Below, in pieces: positions 26,163 through 34,875 of a stretch of DNA of 64,000 nucleotides. The notes beneath the pieces are model-generated. The model was given only the letters and a program-made list of their open reading frames with translations. It was not told the DNA's origin and made no database searches. Location of the stretch: positions 1,120,001 through 1,184,000 of the forward strand of contig JAKFCY010000002.1 in the NCBI GenBank assembly GCA_036676395.1, in the 5' to 3' direction. Every line of letters starts with the position of its first letter. The first letter of the stretch is position 1. The stretch comes from Bdellovibrio sp. (GTDB taxonomy: Bacteria > Bdellovibrionota > Bdellovibrionia > Bdellovibrionales > Bdellovibrionaceae). Position numbers and translations under genes: made by a program.

Positions 26163-27659
26163 TTATTCTTCGTCATGAGCGTGAGAGGTCTCGGGTTCAT
26201 TCGCCAGATTTTCGATTGGATCAGAAATTTTTTCTGAAACAGTTCCTAAACCTTCAACTTTATAAGTCGACCAGTCTAAAGGTTTTTTATCTTTGTTCAA
26301 TAAAACTGAACGTACAAATATTGTTGAACCTTTACCGTATTGTTTAATTAAATCGTCTTTAGAAATGGACGTTGTCTTTTGAGTCTGAAAGTTCACCTGC
26401 AGTTCGACAGAACCTTTGGTTAATTTCAACATTTTTACATCTTGTGGGTCGACGACAGCTTCAAAGGCTTTATCGCTTTGATCAAGGCGAACGCGTGCTA
26501 AAAAAGGAGCTGCGATATTTTTAATTGAGTTATCATCTTTTAATTTATCAAAGTTACCTGCACGGTACGCTTCATAAGTAGGTTGGTCTAAACTATCTAA
26601 CCAGTCGGCGTATTCAGTGTAGGTGACGCAGCGAACTTCTGGTCTGTTACAAACTAAGTTCGAGAACTCTTTCATCGCATCCCAATAAGCTGAACCATTC
26701 CATTTAGAAAAGTGGTGACCGATATGAACCGGAGCACGACCACCGAAGTAGTTCTCTTTGAAATAAAAATTATAACTGTCTAACATTTGTTGTTTAAAAC
26801 GAAGTCTTTCTTCTTCTGTTAATCCTGGTTTAGAAGCACCTGCAGAGTGATAAACTAACCAGTTAAAATCCATCGATAGAGTTGTTCTATTTGTTCCGGC
26901 AATTTTAATTCTGCCTAAAGGAAAATTCCAGCCGCCCCAGTTTTGTTTTTGTGGCCAATAATTCGGAGCTGAACTTTTTGAAGTGTCATATCTGAAACCA
27001 TGCTTTTGCAAAGTTGGCCATAAACCATCCGTATAAGCTAATAACGGGGCACGAAAGCCCACGATGTTTTCTGGCTTAAAGGCAAAACCACTTGGAGGGT
27101 ATTGTTTTGGCTGTGGCAGTTTATTTAAAGCAAAGATATTAAAAAACAAAGTGTTAAATTGGTTGAATTCAGAATCCCAGGCGTTGGCATCCCATGTGTT
27201 ACCAAACATCGGATCGCCTTTGTCGCGACCTGTTTGGTCACAGTGAGCATTGGCGTGCGAGCCGATTTCATGACCTTTTAAGTAGGCTGCATTCGTTAAA
27301 TTCACGCGTAGAGGAAGTTTTGCTTTGTCGGTTTCCCAACCGATGCAGCTGACCGACTTATTTAACATCGGCGTCGTGTAATTATGTTTTTCGCTTTGAT
27401 GAAGATAATAAACAGGATTTACAAAATAAGTAAAACGGACCAAATTATTTTTGGCTTGGTTATTAGTTTTTACAGTCTCGGCGAAGTCGATTGATTCTTT
27501 CCAGAAGTCATTTGATTTTGAACCATCAAAAGCTAAGAGCACAAACTGTGGCGGGCGTTCAACCGATGTCGGTTTTCTGCTTTGCTGTTTGTTTTTTTGG
27601 GCGTAAACAGTCGGAGTCGCTAAAAGCATAACTAAGGCAAAGTTGATCCAATTTTTCAT
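26163..27659 (-). CDS. Secreted polysaccharide deacetylase (CE4/NodB-like)
   Basis: PPQFVLLAFDG, GHEIGSHANAH, GFRAP, GHHF; signal peptide from Met at 27659. Confidence 0.8.
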   Translation of the reverse strand: MKNWINFALVMLLATPTVYAQKNKQQSRKPTSVERPPQFVLLAFDGSKSNDFWKESIDFAETVKTNNQAKNNLVRFTYFVNPVYYLHQSEKHNYTTPMLNKSVSCIGWETDKAKLPLRVNLTNAAYLKGHEIGSHANAHCDQTGRDKGDPMFGNTWDANAWDSEFNQFNTLFFNIFALNKLPQPKQYPPSGFAFKPENIVGFRAPLLAYTDGLWPTLQKHGFRYDTSKSSAPNYWPQKQNWGGWNFPLGRIKIAGTNRTTLSMDFNWLVYHSAGASKPGLTEEERLRFKQQMLDSYNFYFKENYFGGRAPVHIGHHFSKWNGSAYWDAMKEFSNLVCNRPEVRCVTYTEYADWLDSLDQPTYEAYRAGNFDKLKDDNSIKNIAAPFLARVRLDQSDKAFEAVVDPQDVKMLKLTKGSVELQVNFQTQKTTSISKDDLIKQYGKGSTIFVRSVLLNKDKKPLDWSTYKVEGLGTVSEKISDPIENLANEPETSHAHDEE

Positions 27660-27805
27660 GCGCAAAATCCAGTGTAAAAAGTTTTGACAGGAAATACCTT
27701 CACAAACGGGCTGTTTTAAAGAGTTTCTCCTCTGAAATTGTCGGTTTTTAGTCAGTGAAACTGAAGGCCATTGAGGAAATCTTGTCATTGTATTAAAATG
27801 AACCG

Positions 27806-28636
27806 GTGCAAATCACCGTAAAAATACTTAAAACTGCTGCAGCCCTAGTGGGACTTGTTTTTCTGAACGCCTGTGCAGAGAAACCTGCAGACCGTGGCTT
27901 TACAAATCAATTAGCCACGCCGGTCGAGCAAATCGTTGGCGGCACTGAAGTGACTAGTTCAAAGCTTGTCGATAGCTTATTTGTCTTACTTATTTCTGAT
28001 AACAACGGCGCACCGCAAGTTTGCACCGGTATGTTTATCACTAAAAAACATATTCTTACAGCTGCACATTGTGTGAACGATCTTGAAAGTTTAAGTTTGA
28101 TTACAGGAGTGAATCCGCTAGCCAGTGAAGACGGCCTAATGCTAACGCCAGTTCAAATTGATCGCCATGAGCACTACAACGAAAAATCAGTTATGGATCG
28201 AAACGATCTGGCTATCATCACTATTGCCGAAGAAGTTCAATTAGCTAAAAAAGATTTTCCGCAATTGCCTGATGAAAACATGATTCAAAAAATTGAAACG
28301 GCTGACAATATTGAATTTATGGCCGTGGGTTATGGCAAGACCACTTCAATTGTTAATCCAGAAGAACGTACTGAAGGTGTATTAAGAGCGGTGCGTTTAC
28401 AAACTACCAGCAAGAATTCAGCGGTGTTTATGGTGAATCAAACAAATGGCAAAGGTGTTTGTTACGGTGATTCTGGTGGGCCAGCTTTAAAGATTTATAA
28501 TGAAAACTTATATTTAATTGGGATAGCTTCCGGTATTTACGACGTTGATAACGTTAAAGTTGACGAATGTAAGCAGGGTTCACTTTATATGAACATCGCT
28601 TCGCACATCGCGTGGATTCGCACGATCATTAAGTAG
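27806..28636 (+). CDS. Trypsin-like S1 serine protease, lipoprotein
   Basis: IVGG, LTAAHC, NDLA, GDSGGP; lipobox LNAC. Confidence 0.9.
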   Translation: MQITVKILKTAAALVGLVFLNACAEKPADRGFTNQLATPVEQIVGGTEVTSSKLVDSLFVLLISDNNGAPQVCTGMFITKKHILTAAHCVNDLESLSLITGVNPLASEDGLMLTPVQIDRHEHYNEKSVMDRNDLAIITIAEEVQLAKKDFPQLPDENMIQKIETADNIEFMAVGYGKTTSIVNPEERTEGVLRAVRLQTTSKNSAVFMVNQTNGKGVCYGDSGGPALKIYNENLYLIGIASGIYDVDNVKVDECKQGSLYMNIASHIAWIRTIIK

Positions 28637-28637
28637 A

Positions 28638-29219
28638 CTATTTTTTAAAAAGTTCCATTTGCGTTAAGATATCAGCGACGATGTCTGTGGCTTTTTTCAT
28701 TTTTGTGAAAAAGTCATTTTCTGCTGTAATGATCTGACGGTTAGGGTGACCTTCCCAGCTTGAGCGCACCTTATCATTTAATAGATAGGCTTCATGAAAA
28801 GATTCTGTGCGAATGGCGTTGGTGGTGTCGTAACCGTCTTCAGTCGCGGTATCTAAGTGTAAAACCCAGTCGTACCTGGCAAGCTCTGCTTCGCGTGTAG
28901 AGTTGATGTTTTTAAAAAAGTGATCGGCATTATCTGGCCAGTAAGCTAATGAATCTAAAGATCCACGATCGCAAATAATCAGTGAATCCGGATGGCTATC
29001 AACTAATAGATCTTCGATATGGCGCAAAGTCGATACGATCGCTAATTGACCATGATAATAGCCAGCATAATTTTTAATACGTGGAAAACCACCTTTATAC
29101 AAAATTGAAGCAGCTTCGGGAGCTACTTGGATTTTGCTTCCGAATTCTTTTTTTAAGACTTCAATTAAAGTTGTTTTTCCGCCGGAAGGTCCGCCGGTGA
29201 TCGCTAGCTTTTTTGCCAT
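28638..29219 (-). CDS. AAA_28 / NadR-like P-loop NTPase
   Basis: ITGGPSGGKTT, PEAA, ICDRGSLD. Confidence 0.75.
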   Translation of the reverse strand: MAKKLAITGGPSGGKTTLIEVLKKEFGSKIQVAPEAASILYKGGFPRIKNYAGYYHGQLAIVSTLRHIEDLLVDSHPDSLIICDRGSLDSLAYWPDNADHFFKNINSTREAELARYDWVLHLDTATEDGYDTTNAIRTESFHEAYLLNDKVRSSWEGHPNRQIITAENDFFTKMKKATDIVADILTQMELFKK

Positions 29220-29220
29220 G

Positions 29221-30534
29221 TTATGCCTTAGGTATGCATTTGCTAACGATGTCATGACCGATCCAAGCAACAGGCTGCTGCGGCTTGAAGGCGTCATGAA
29301 GCATAATATAGCCACATGATTTAAAAATAATTTCGCTCAATATCGGGCTCATTAAAGCTTTTTCATCTTTATGAAACGCTACGATTTCATCAGAAAGAGC
29401 CAGCATAGTTTCCATTTGCTCTTTCGTTGAATGTTGCGGCCAAGTTGCGAAATCACTTGTGCCATGTTTTTCTGAAAAATTCATAAAATGATCGATCTTG
29501 GTAAACATTTGCTCCATCATTTGCGGTTCTTTTAAAACATTTTCGCAATCAGCAAATAGTTTCGCCGTGATCGGGTGGGTCGGTTGTTCACGTTTTAATG
29601 AGCGTAGCAGGTTGTATAAAGCAATTTCTACGCCTTGAAAAATAGAGCTCGAGTTCGTCAAAATTTCTGGACAGTTGTACACACAAGTTTGCACGCCTTG
29701 TTGAAACCATTTTTTAGAATAATTTTCTAAATCAATCTTAGCCCAGCCTTGAATGTAAGGCGCATAAGACTGCCAACGGTATTCGCTATCAATAATGACT
29801 TCAGTGCCGTGGTAACCATAAGCTACATACGACGCTGAAATGTTTTTAGCTTTAAGTTTTTCACGTAAGGCTGTTGATTCTTCAACTAATACATCAAAGG
29901 TTTCAGCAGTGACTGCATGAAAGTTAGCTTTTAAGTAATTGCCAATCGTGCTATTCCAGAATTCGCTAGAAGCTAACCAGCGATCGCCTGTGCCTTTGAA
30001 TACGCGATTCATTAACGGCAATACGATTTTAGCACGCGGAACACCGCCAGCCATTAAATGCGCAAAGTGCACATGATTGCCTGGTTGTAAGTTGGCTAAA
30101 ACGGTTTTTTCTAATTGGGTAACAAACTCAGCCGTTTGTTTTGCAAAACGAGCACGGCCTTTGGCTGCACATTCAGTTATTGTTTTTTCTGAAAGTTGAA
30201 TGTTTTGCCATTCGCTAAGTTTAACACCTTTTAGGTAATCATTTGGTGTTTGGCCCGAGCTATCAGTTTCTAAATCAAAACCAGCCTCTAAAGCCACATT
30301 AATGAAAGGCTTGGGAATATTTTTTGATTCTTCTTCAGTTAAAGCGCGAAGGTTATTATTTTCGTCACGACGACCAACCGTTGCACGAACGACAGTTAAG
30401 CCATGGTGTTCGGCTTCTTCAACTAATCCATTGGCATAACCACGGTTAAATAATTCACCGAATAAAACTAAAACATCACCTTTTTTAAAAGGCACTTCTT
30501 GGGGGCGTGTACGAATTGGCGTAAATTGTTTCAT
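29221..30534 (-). CDS. Probable FabMG-family enoyl-ACP reductase
   Basis: KGDVLVLFGELF.RGYANGL, INV.LEAGFD, MAGGVPRAK, YVAYGYHGTE, YNCPEILTNSS recalled as family motifs. Confidence 0.6.
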   Translation of the reverse strand: MKQFTPIRTRPQEVPFKKGDVLVLFGELFNRGYANGLVEEAEHHGLTVVRATVGRRDENNNLRALTEEESKNIPKPFINVALEAGFDLETDSSGQTPNDYLKGVKLSEWQNIQLSEKTITECAAKGRARFAKQTAEFVTQLEKTVLANLQPGNHVHFAHLMAGGVPRAKIVLPLMNRVFKGTGDRWLASSEFWNSTIGNYLKANFHAVTAETFDVLVEESTALREKLKAKNISASYVAYGYHGTEVIIDSEYRWQSYAPYIQGWAKIDLENYSKKWFQQGVQTCVYNCPEILTNSSSIFQGVEIALYNLLRSLKREQPTHPITAKLFADCENVLKEPQMMEQMFTKIDHFMNFSEKHGTSDFATWPQHSTKEQMETMLALSDEIVAFHKDEKALMSPILSEIIFKSCGYIMLHDAFKPQQPVAWIGHDIVSKCIPKA

Positions 30535-30598
30535 AAGGGCATCATTTTACACAATACAGCCCATGACTCAACGCTGTTTTTTGTGCTACCTTATTTCT

Positions 30599-31318
30599 AT
30601 GCGCGTCGTAAGTTTTGTACCCTCATGGACTGAAACATTAATCGCTTCTGGTGTAGAGGTCGTTGGCCGCACACGCTTTTGTATTCACCCTGAACGCGCT
30701 GTTAAAAGCATTGCTGTTGTCGGAGGTACAAAGAATATCCTGATTGATCAGGTGGTGGCATTGAAGCCAGATTTCGTGTTGTTTGATAAAGAAGAAAATA
30801 ATCAAGAGATGTATCAACTTTGCCTTGATCGCGGGCTAAATTGTTATGCGACGCATGTTACCGATCTTAAATCCTGTGGTGAAGAGCTTTTGCGGTTAGC
30901 TAAGCTAGTGAAAAACGATCAGCTCGCCGTTTGGGGTAATACCTATTTGTCTTTGCCACCACGTTCTTTAAGTCATTTTAAAAACTGTGTTTTAGACGGC
31001 GATTTTTTGCCGGCCGCAAGTTATTCATACGTGATTTGGAAAAATCCTTTCATGTGTGTTTCGCCAAACACCTTTATTGCTGATGTACTTAAACTTTTCG
31101 GCATCGAATTGCATCACAGTGAAGTAAAATATCCTGAAATCGCAGGTGAAGAGCTGAAAAAAACTTTTTGCCTTTTTTCATCAGAACCGTTTCCATTTGC
31201 GAAGCATTACGCTGAATTAAAAACTCAAGGCTTTAACGGCGTGCTGGTCGATGGTGAACATTTAAGTTGGTACGGAATTAGGACTTTAAAATTTCTGCAA
31301 TCGCCTGAACAGTCTTAA
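30599..31318 (+). CDS. Helical-backbone metal receptor (BtuF/TroA-like substrate-binding protein)
   Basis: MRVVSFVPSWTETL, VGRTRFCIHP, VGGTKN, KEEN, SSEPFPF, VDGE..SWYG.R. Confidence 0.8.
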   Translation: MRVVSFVPSWTETLIASGVEVVGRTRFCIHPERAVKSIAVVGGTKNILIDQVVALKPDFVLFDKEENNQEMYQLCLDRGLNCYATHVTDLKSCGEELLRLAKLVKNDQLAVWGNTYLSLPPRSLSHFKNCVLDGDFLPAASYSYVIWKNPFMCVSPNTFIADVLKLFGIELHHSEVKYPEIAGEELKKTFCLFSSEPFPFAKHYAELKTQGFNGVLVDGEHLSWYGIRTLKFLQSPEQS

Positions 31319-32489
31319 GGCTTCCGCCTTGTTTGCGTTCAGTGCGTTGTTTTAATTCTTTTAATTGATCTTGGTTGTTTTCAAAATAAGTAACAGCTTC
31401 AATAAATTCATGACCATTCGTTACAGTTTTAACCAGGCTCAACTTTTTAAAAGCAATGGCCTCAGGATTATTTTGATAATACGGACCGGTGATCACGAAG
31501 TTGCCGGCACATAAAGGCTCCATCACAGAATGCACTCGCGAGACAAACGAGCCACCAACAAAGCTAATTTTGGAATAACGGTAAAAATCAGCTAATACAC
31601 CAATGCGATCAATAACTAGAATATCAAATTCTTCATTCGGCTGATGAGCGGCCAGTTTAAGTACTTTGTGTGAAGGTAATTGCTTTTTGAGTTCTAAATA
31701 CAAGTCTTGCGCATAATTAATATCATGGGGTGCCCAGATCAAGGAAAAGCCTTTAGCTAAAAGATCTTTGGCGATGGGTTTAATAATCGCATCGTCTTTT
31801 GGCCAAGTAGAACCAAAAGTAATTCTTTTTGCATTTGAATCGAGTTGAATCAAAGTTTTTTGCTGTAGCCTGAAAAATACTTGGTCAAAACGGGTATCGG
31901 GAATATAAATCACTTTAGTTTTTGGCAGTAAATTTCGAATGTAGCTAACTTGGTCTTCTTCGACACAGCTAAAAAAACTAAAATTAGAGCAGCAAAATTT
32001 TAACCAAAAAGAATTAAAAAATGTTTTCTTAGGATTCGCCGCAATTGTTGCAAGTTTTAGGTGTTTGCTTTCAGCTAAGCGAATTAAATTAGGCCAGTAA
32101 TCAGTGCGCGAAAATATCAAAATATCAGGTTTAATAAAATTTAATAATTTTTCGTTATCAGTTGTAATATCCCAATTAAGTGGAAAAAACGCAGTCACTT
32201 CAGAGGTAATGCTTTTAAATAACAATGGTGCTGATAACGATGAATATGAAACAAAGATCTGACAATCAGGATTTATTTTTTTGTATTCGCGAATTAAGCT
32301 TTTTGCGTATTCAATTTCACCACTTGAGGCGTGAATCCAAATTTTTTGACCTGATGAATTAGCCTGAATTTTAAAAATATCTTTGTTATTGCGTAAATTA
32401 ATCCAAGATTGAGTCTTTTTGTCTAAAATAGGTTTAAGTAACAAAGCTAATCGTCGTAAAAAACTATAAATCAGATTATAAATAATCAT
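31278..32489 (-). CDS. waaA: 3-deoxy-D-manno-octulosonic acid (Kdo) transferase
   Basis: IWIHASSGE, DTRFD, GSTW, APH, IGVLADFY, FVGGSF, H.VMEP. Confidence 0.8.
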   Translation of the reverse strand: MIIYNLIYSFLRRLALLLKPILDKKTQSWINLRNNKDIFKIQANSSGQKIWIHASSGEIEYAKSLIREYKKINPDCQIFVSYSSLSAPLLFKSITSEVTAFFPLNWDITTDNEKLLNFIKPDILIFSRTDYWPNLIRLAESKHLKLATIAANPKKTFFNSFWLKFCCSNFSFFSCVEEDQVSYIRNLLPKTKVIYIPDTRFDQVFFRLQQKTLIQLDSNAKRITFGSTWPKDDAIIKPIAKDLLAKGFSLIWAPHDINYAQDLYLELKKQLPSHKVLKLAAHQPNEEFDILVIDRIGVLADFYRYSKISFVGGSFVSRVHSVMEPLCAGNFVITGPYYQNNPEAIAFKKLSLVKTVTNGHEFIEAVTYFENNQDQLKELKQRTERKQGGSLKTVQAIAEILKS

Positions 32490-33472
32490 AACCAGAGTCT
32501 TTCAAGATGCTCTTGCACCATCTCGGGAGTAAGAGCGGTCATACATTCATGAAAATTAGGATTCACGCAGGGCCCCTGGCCATGTTTGCTGCACGGACGG
32601 CAGTAAAGATTTTTTTCCATGATTACAGTACTCGGGCGAGATGGAAACCCAAAAGGAGCTGGCCCCATAAGGGCTATGGTTTTTTTGCCTAATTGTTCAG
32701 AAAAATGCAGCATACCCGTGTCGTTACTTACGATAACTTTGGCGTAGTTAATCACAGCCGCTGATTCTAGCAAGCTAGTTTTGCCCGTAAGATTAATGAC
32801 GTTTTTGTAAACTTCAAGTTCGGCAGTAAAAATATCAGTCGGGCCAGCAAGGACGACAATTTTTTTATCGCTATTGCGCTCAATCAGTTTTTTCCAGTGA
32901 CCGATTGGCCAGCGTTTTAAGGCATAGGCCGCAGACGGTACAATCACCAGATACTGATTTAATTCATAAGATTTTAATAACTCGTGAATTTTTTGATCAG
33001 TTGATTTGTCAAAAAATATCAACGGTGGTTGCGGCAAGCGAAAAGCAATGCCCATTTTTTCAAGCGGTTTTAATAAATCACGCTGCCCTGAAAATGGCTT
33101 TTCAAAAAGATTAATTTTAAATTTAATCAGTAAAAAACGTTTCAGGCGCGACATCGGTTTTACAATTTTACTTTTTGCAGAAACTAAATTGCGGATAAAA
33201 AATGAACGTAAATTATTGTGAGCATCATAGATCACATCAAATTTTTCTTGGCGCAGTTCTTGAGATATTTGAAAGATCTCAGTGAAGCCTTTTTTGCGGT
33301 CAATAGCCCATACTTTTTTAACTTGAGGATTGTTGTTCAATAGCAGCGTAAAATCTGAGCGGGTTAAGAAATGAATCTCAGCTTCTGGATGATTTTCTTT
33401 GATAAGCGCAGGAATGCTTAAACTTTGAGTTAAGTCTCCTATGCTTGAAAAGCGAATCACTAAAATCTTCAT
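32486..33472 (-). CDS. Glycosyltransferase family 9 (LPS heptosyltransferase-like)
   Basis: MKILVIRFSSIGD, KRWP, NLTGKTSL, SNDTGMLH, CRPCSKHG. Confidence 0.88.
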   Translation of the reverse strand: MKILVIRFSSIGDLTQSLSIPALIKENHPEAEIHFLTRSDFTLLLNNNPQVKKVWAIDRKKGFTEIFQISQELRQEKFDVIYDAHNNLRSFFIRNLVSAKSKIVKPMSRLKRFLLIKFKINLFEKPFSGQRDLLKPLEKMGIAFRLPQPPLIFFDKSTDQKIHELLKSYELNQYLVIVPSAAYALKRWPIGHWKKLIERNSDKKIVVLAGPTDIFTAELEVYKNVINLTGKTSLLESAAVINYAKVIVSNDTGMLHFSEQLGKKTIALMGPAPFGFPSRPSTVIMEKNLYCRPCSKHGQGPCVNPNFHECMTALTPEMVQEHLERLWL

Positions 33473-33564
33473 TCCTTTATGTAATTACAAAAAGGGTCAT
33501 CTGTCTATGATTTTGGCCCGAAATAGCTTGAACAAGAGGCCTGTTTTAGGGCATGACTGTCCAG

Positions 33565-34875
33565 ATGATAAACAAACTGTTTTTACTCCTGATTTGCATG
33601 TTCGTGGCCATGCCGGTGAACGCTGAAATTTCAAGCCAATTAGAGGTTTCAAATCTTAATTTTATTAGTTCAGATTACGCGGATGACCAAGAAAAAAGTT
33701 TTTTATTTCTTGGTGCTGAAATCAAATCTCATGATGCTGAAAACGATATTTTTAAAATTAACTTAAACGGTAAATACACCGCAAAGAATTCGGTTTTAAG
33801 TTATTTTAATTTAAAAGAGCTCTATTTCACAAACCAGATTAATCCATCGTCTAAACTTCATATCGGACGTAAATTACAATCTTGGTCGCAAGCTGATGAA
33901 AAATGGAATCTCGGATCGTATCAGCCTCAATTTCGCTGGAACCCGTTAGATATCGAAAGCCAAGGTCTTTTCGGTGTTTTTTATGAAAAAAACTTCGGCG
34001 CATGGACATTAAATTTATTCGGAACGCCAATTTATATTCCTGACCAAGGGCCAAATTACGAAGTTAAAGACGGGCAATTTGAAGCATCGAATCCTTACTT
34101 TACGCCTCCTCCGCAGAATATCATTTTTCAGAACATCGTGCTTCCGATTGATTATAATATTATTAAGCCCGAGGTTTCTGAAGTGGTTGAACAGCCAAGT
34201 TTTGGGTTTAAGCTGGATTATCAGAACGAAGTTTTTGAAGCCACTTTTGCTGGAGCTTATAAACCCGCAAATCAATTTGCTTTTGGTTATAAAGGTATTC
34301 TAGTCACCAATCGTGTGCGCGTTGATGTTCAACCCAAGACTTATTATGAAAAACTGACGAGCTTAGATTTGGCGACGAAATGGAAAAGTGGTAAAGCTGG
34401 CCTTGCGGTTATGTACGCAGAACCGGAAACTCCAGATTTTGATGCTAATTACAATTCTCCGCTGTTTCAAGCCAACACAACAGTGGTGCCATATATTCGC
34501 TTTGAATTCGAACCTATTGATGTAGAAATTGCAGCCCTAAATATCGAAGGCGGCGAGATCAAAGAAATTGGTCCGGATGCAAACCCGGACCGTCAGCCGT
34601 TAACGCAAAAATACCTCTATGCTCGAGCGTATCAGTTCTCGCTGACTTCGCGCTCACAATGGGGTGATAATTTGAAAATTCTATCTAGTTTGCAATGGCG
34701 AGAGGCCGAGAAAAATTTACTTCAAACCTTAAAATTGAAGAACATCTTTGATATAACTGGGCCTTGGAAAATGACTCTTGATCTATTCTTGGTTGAAACC
34801 AGCGAAGAAGCTTCTACGGTTTCAAATTATAGAAATTTAGATCAAGTGTGGTTGGGGGCTTCTTATGATTTCTAA
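33565..34875 (+). CDS. Hypothetical outer-membrane beta-barrel protein
   Basis: Signal peptide; LHIGRK..W...D..W.LG..QP; C-terminal ASYDF. Confidence 0.6.
   Translation: MINKLFLLLICMFVAMPVNAEISSQLEVSNLNFISSDYADDQEKSFLFLGAEIKSHDAENDIFKINLNGKYTAKNSVLSYFNLKELYFTNQINPSSKLHIGRKLQSWSQADEKWNLGSYQPQFRWNPLDIESQGLFGVFYEKNFGAWTLNLFGTPIYIPDQGPNYEVKDGQFEASNPYFTPPPQNIIFQNIVLPIDYNIIKPEVSEVVEQPSFGFKLDYQNEVFEATFAGAYKPANQFAFGYKGILVTNRVRVDVQPKTYYEKLTSLDLATKWKSGKAGLAVMYAEPETPDFDANYNSPLFQANTTVVPYIRFEFEPIDVEIAALNIEGGEIKEIGPDANPDRQPLTQKYLYARAYQFSLTSRSQWGDNLKILSSLQWREAEKNLLQTLKLKNIFDITGPWKMTLDLFLVETSEEASTVSNYRNLDQVWLGASYDF

Noticed and set aside
30535..30600. Cobalamin riboswitch ahead of the BtuF-like gene
   Set aside because: The intergenic gap is only about 64 nt and is filled by divergent promoter elements
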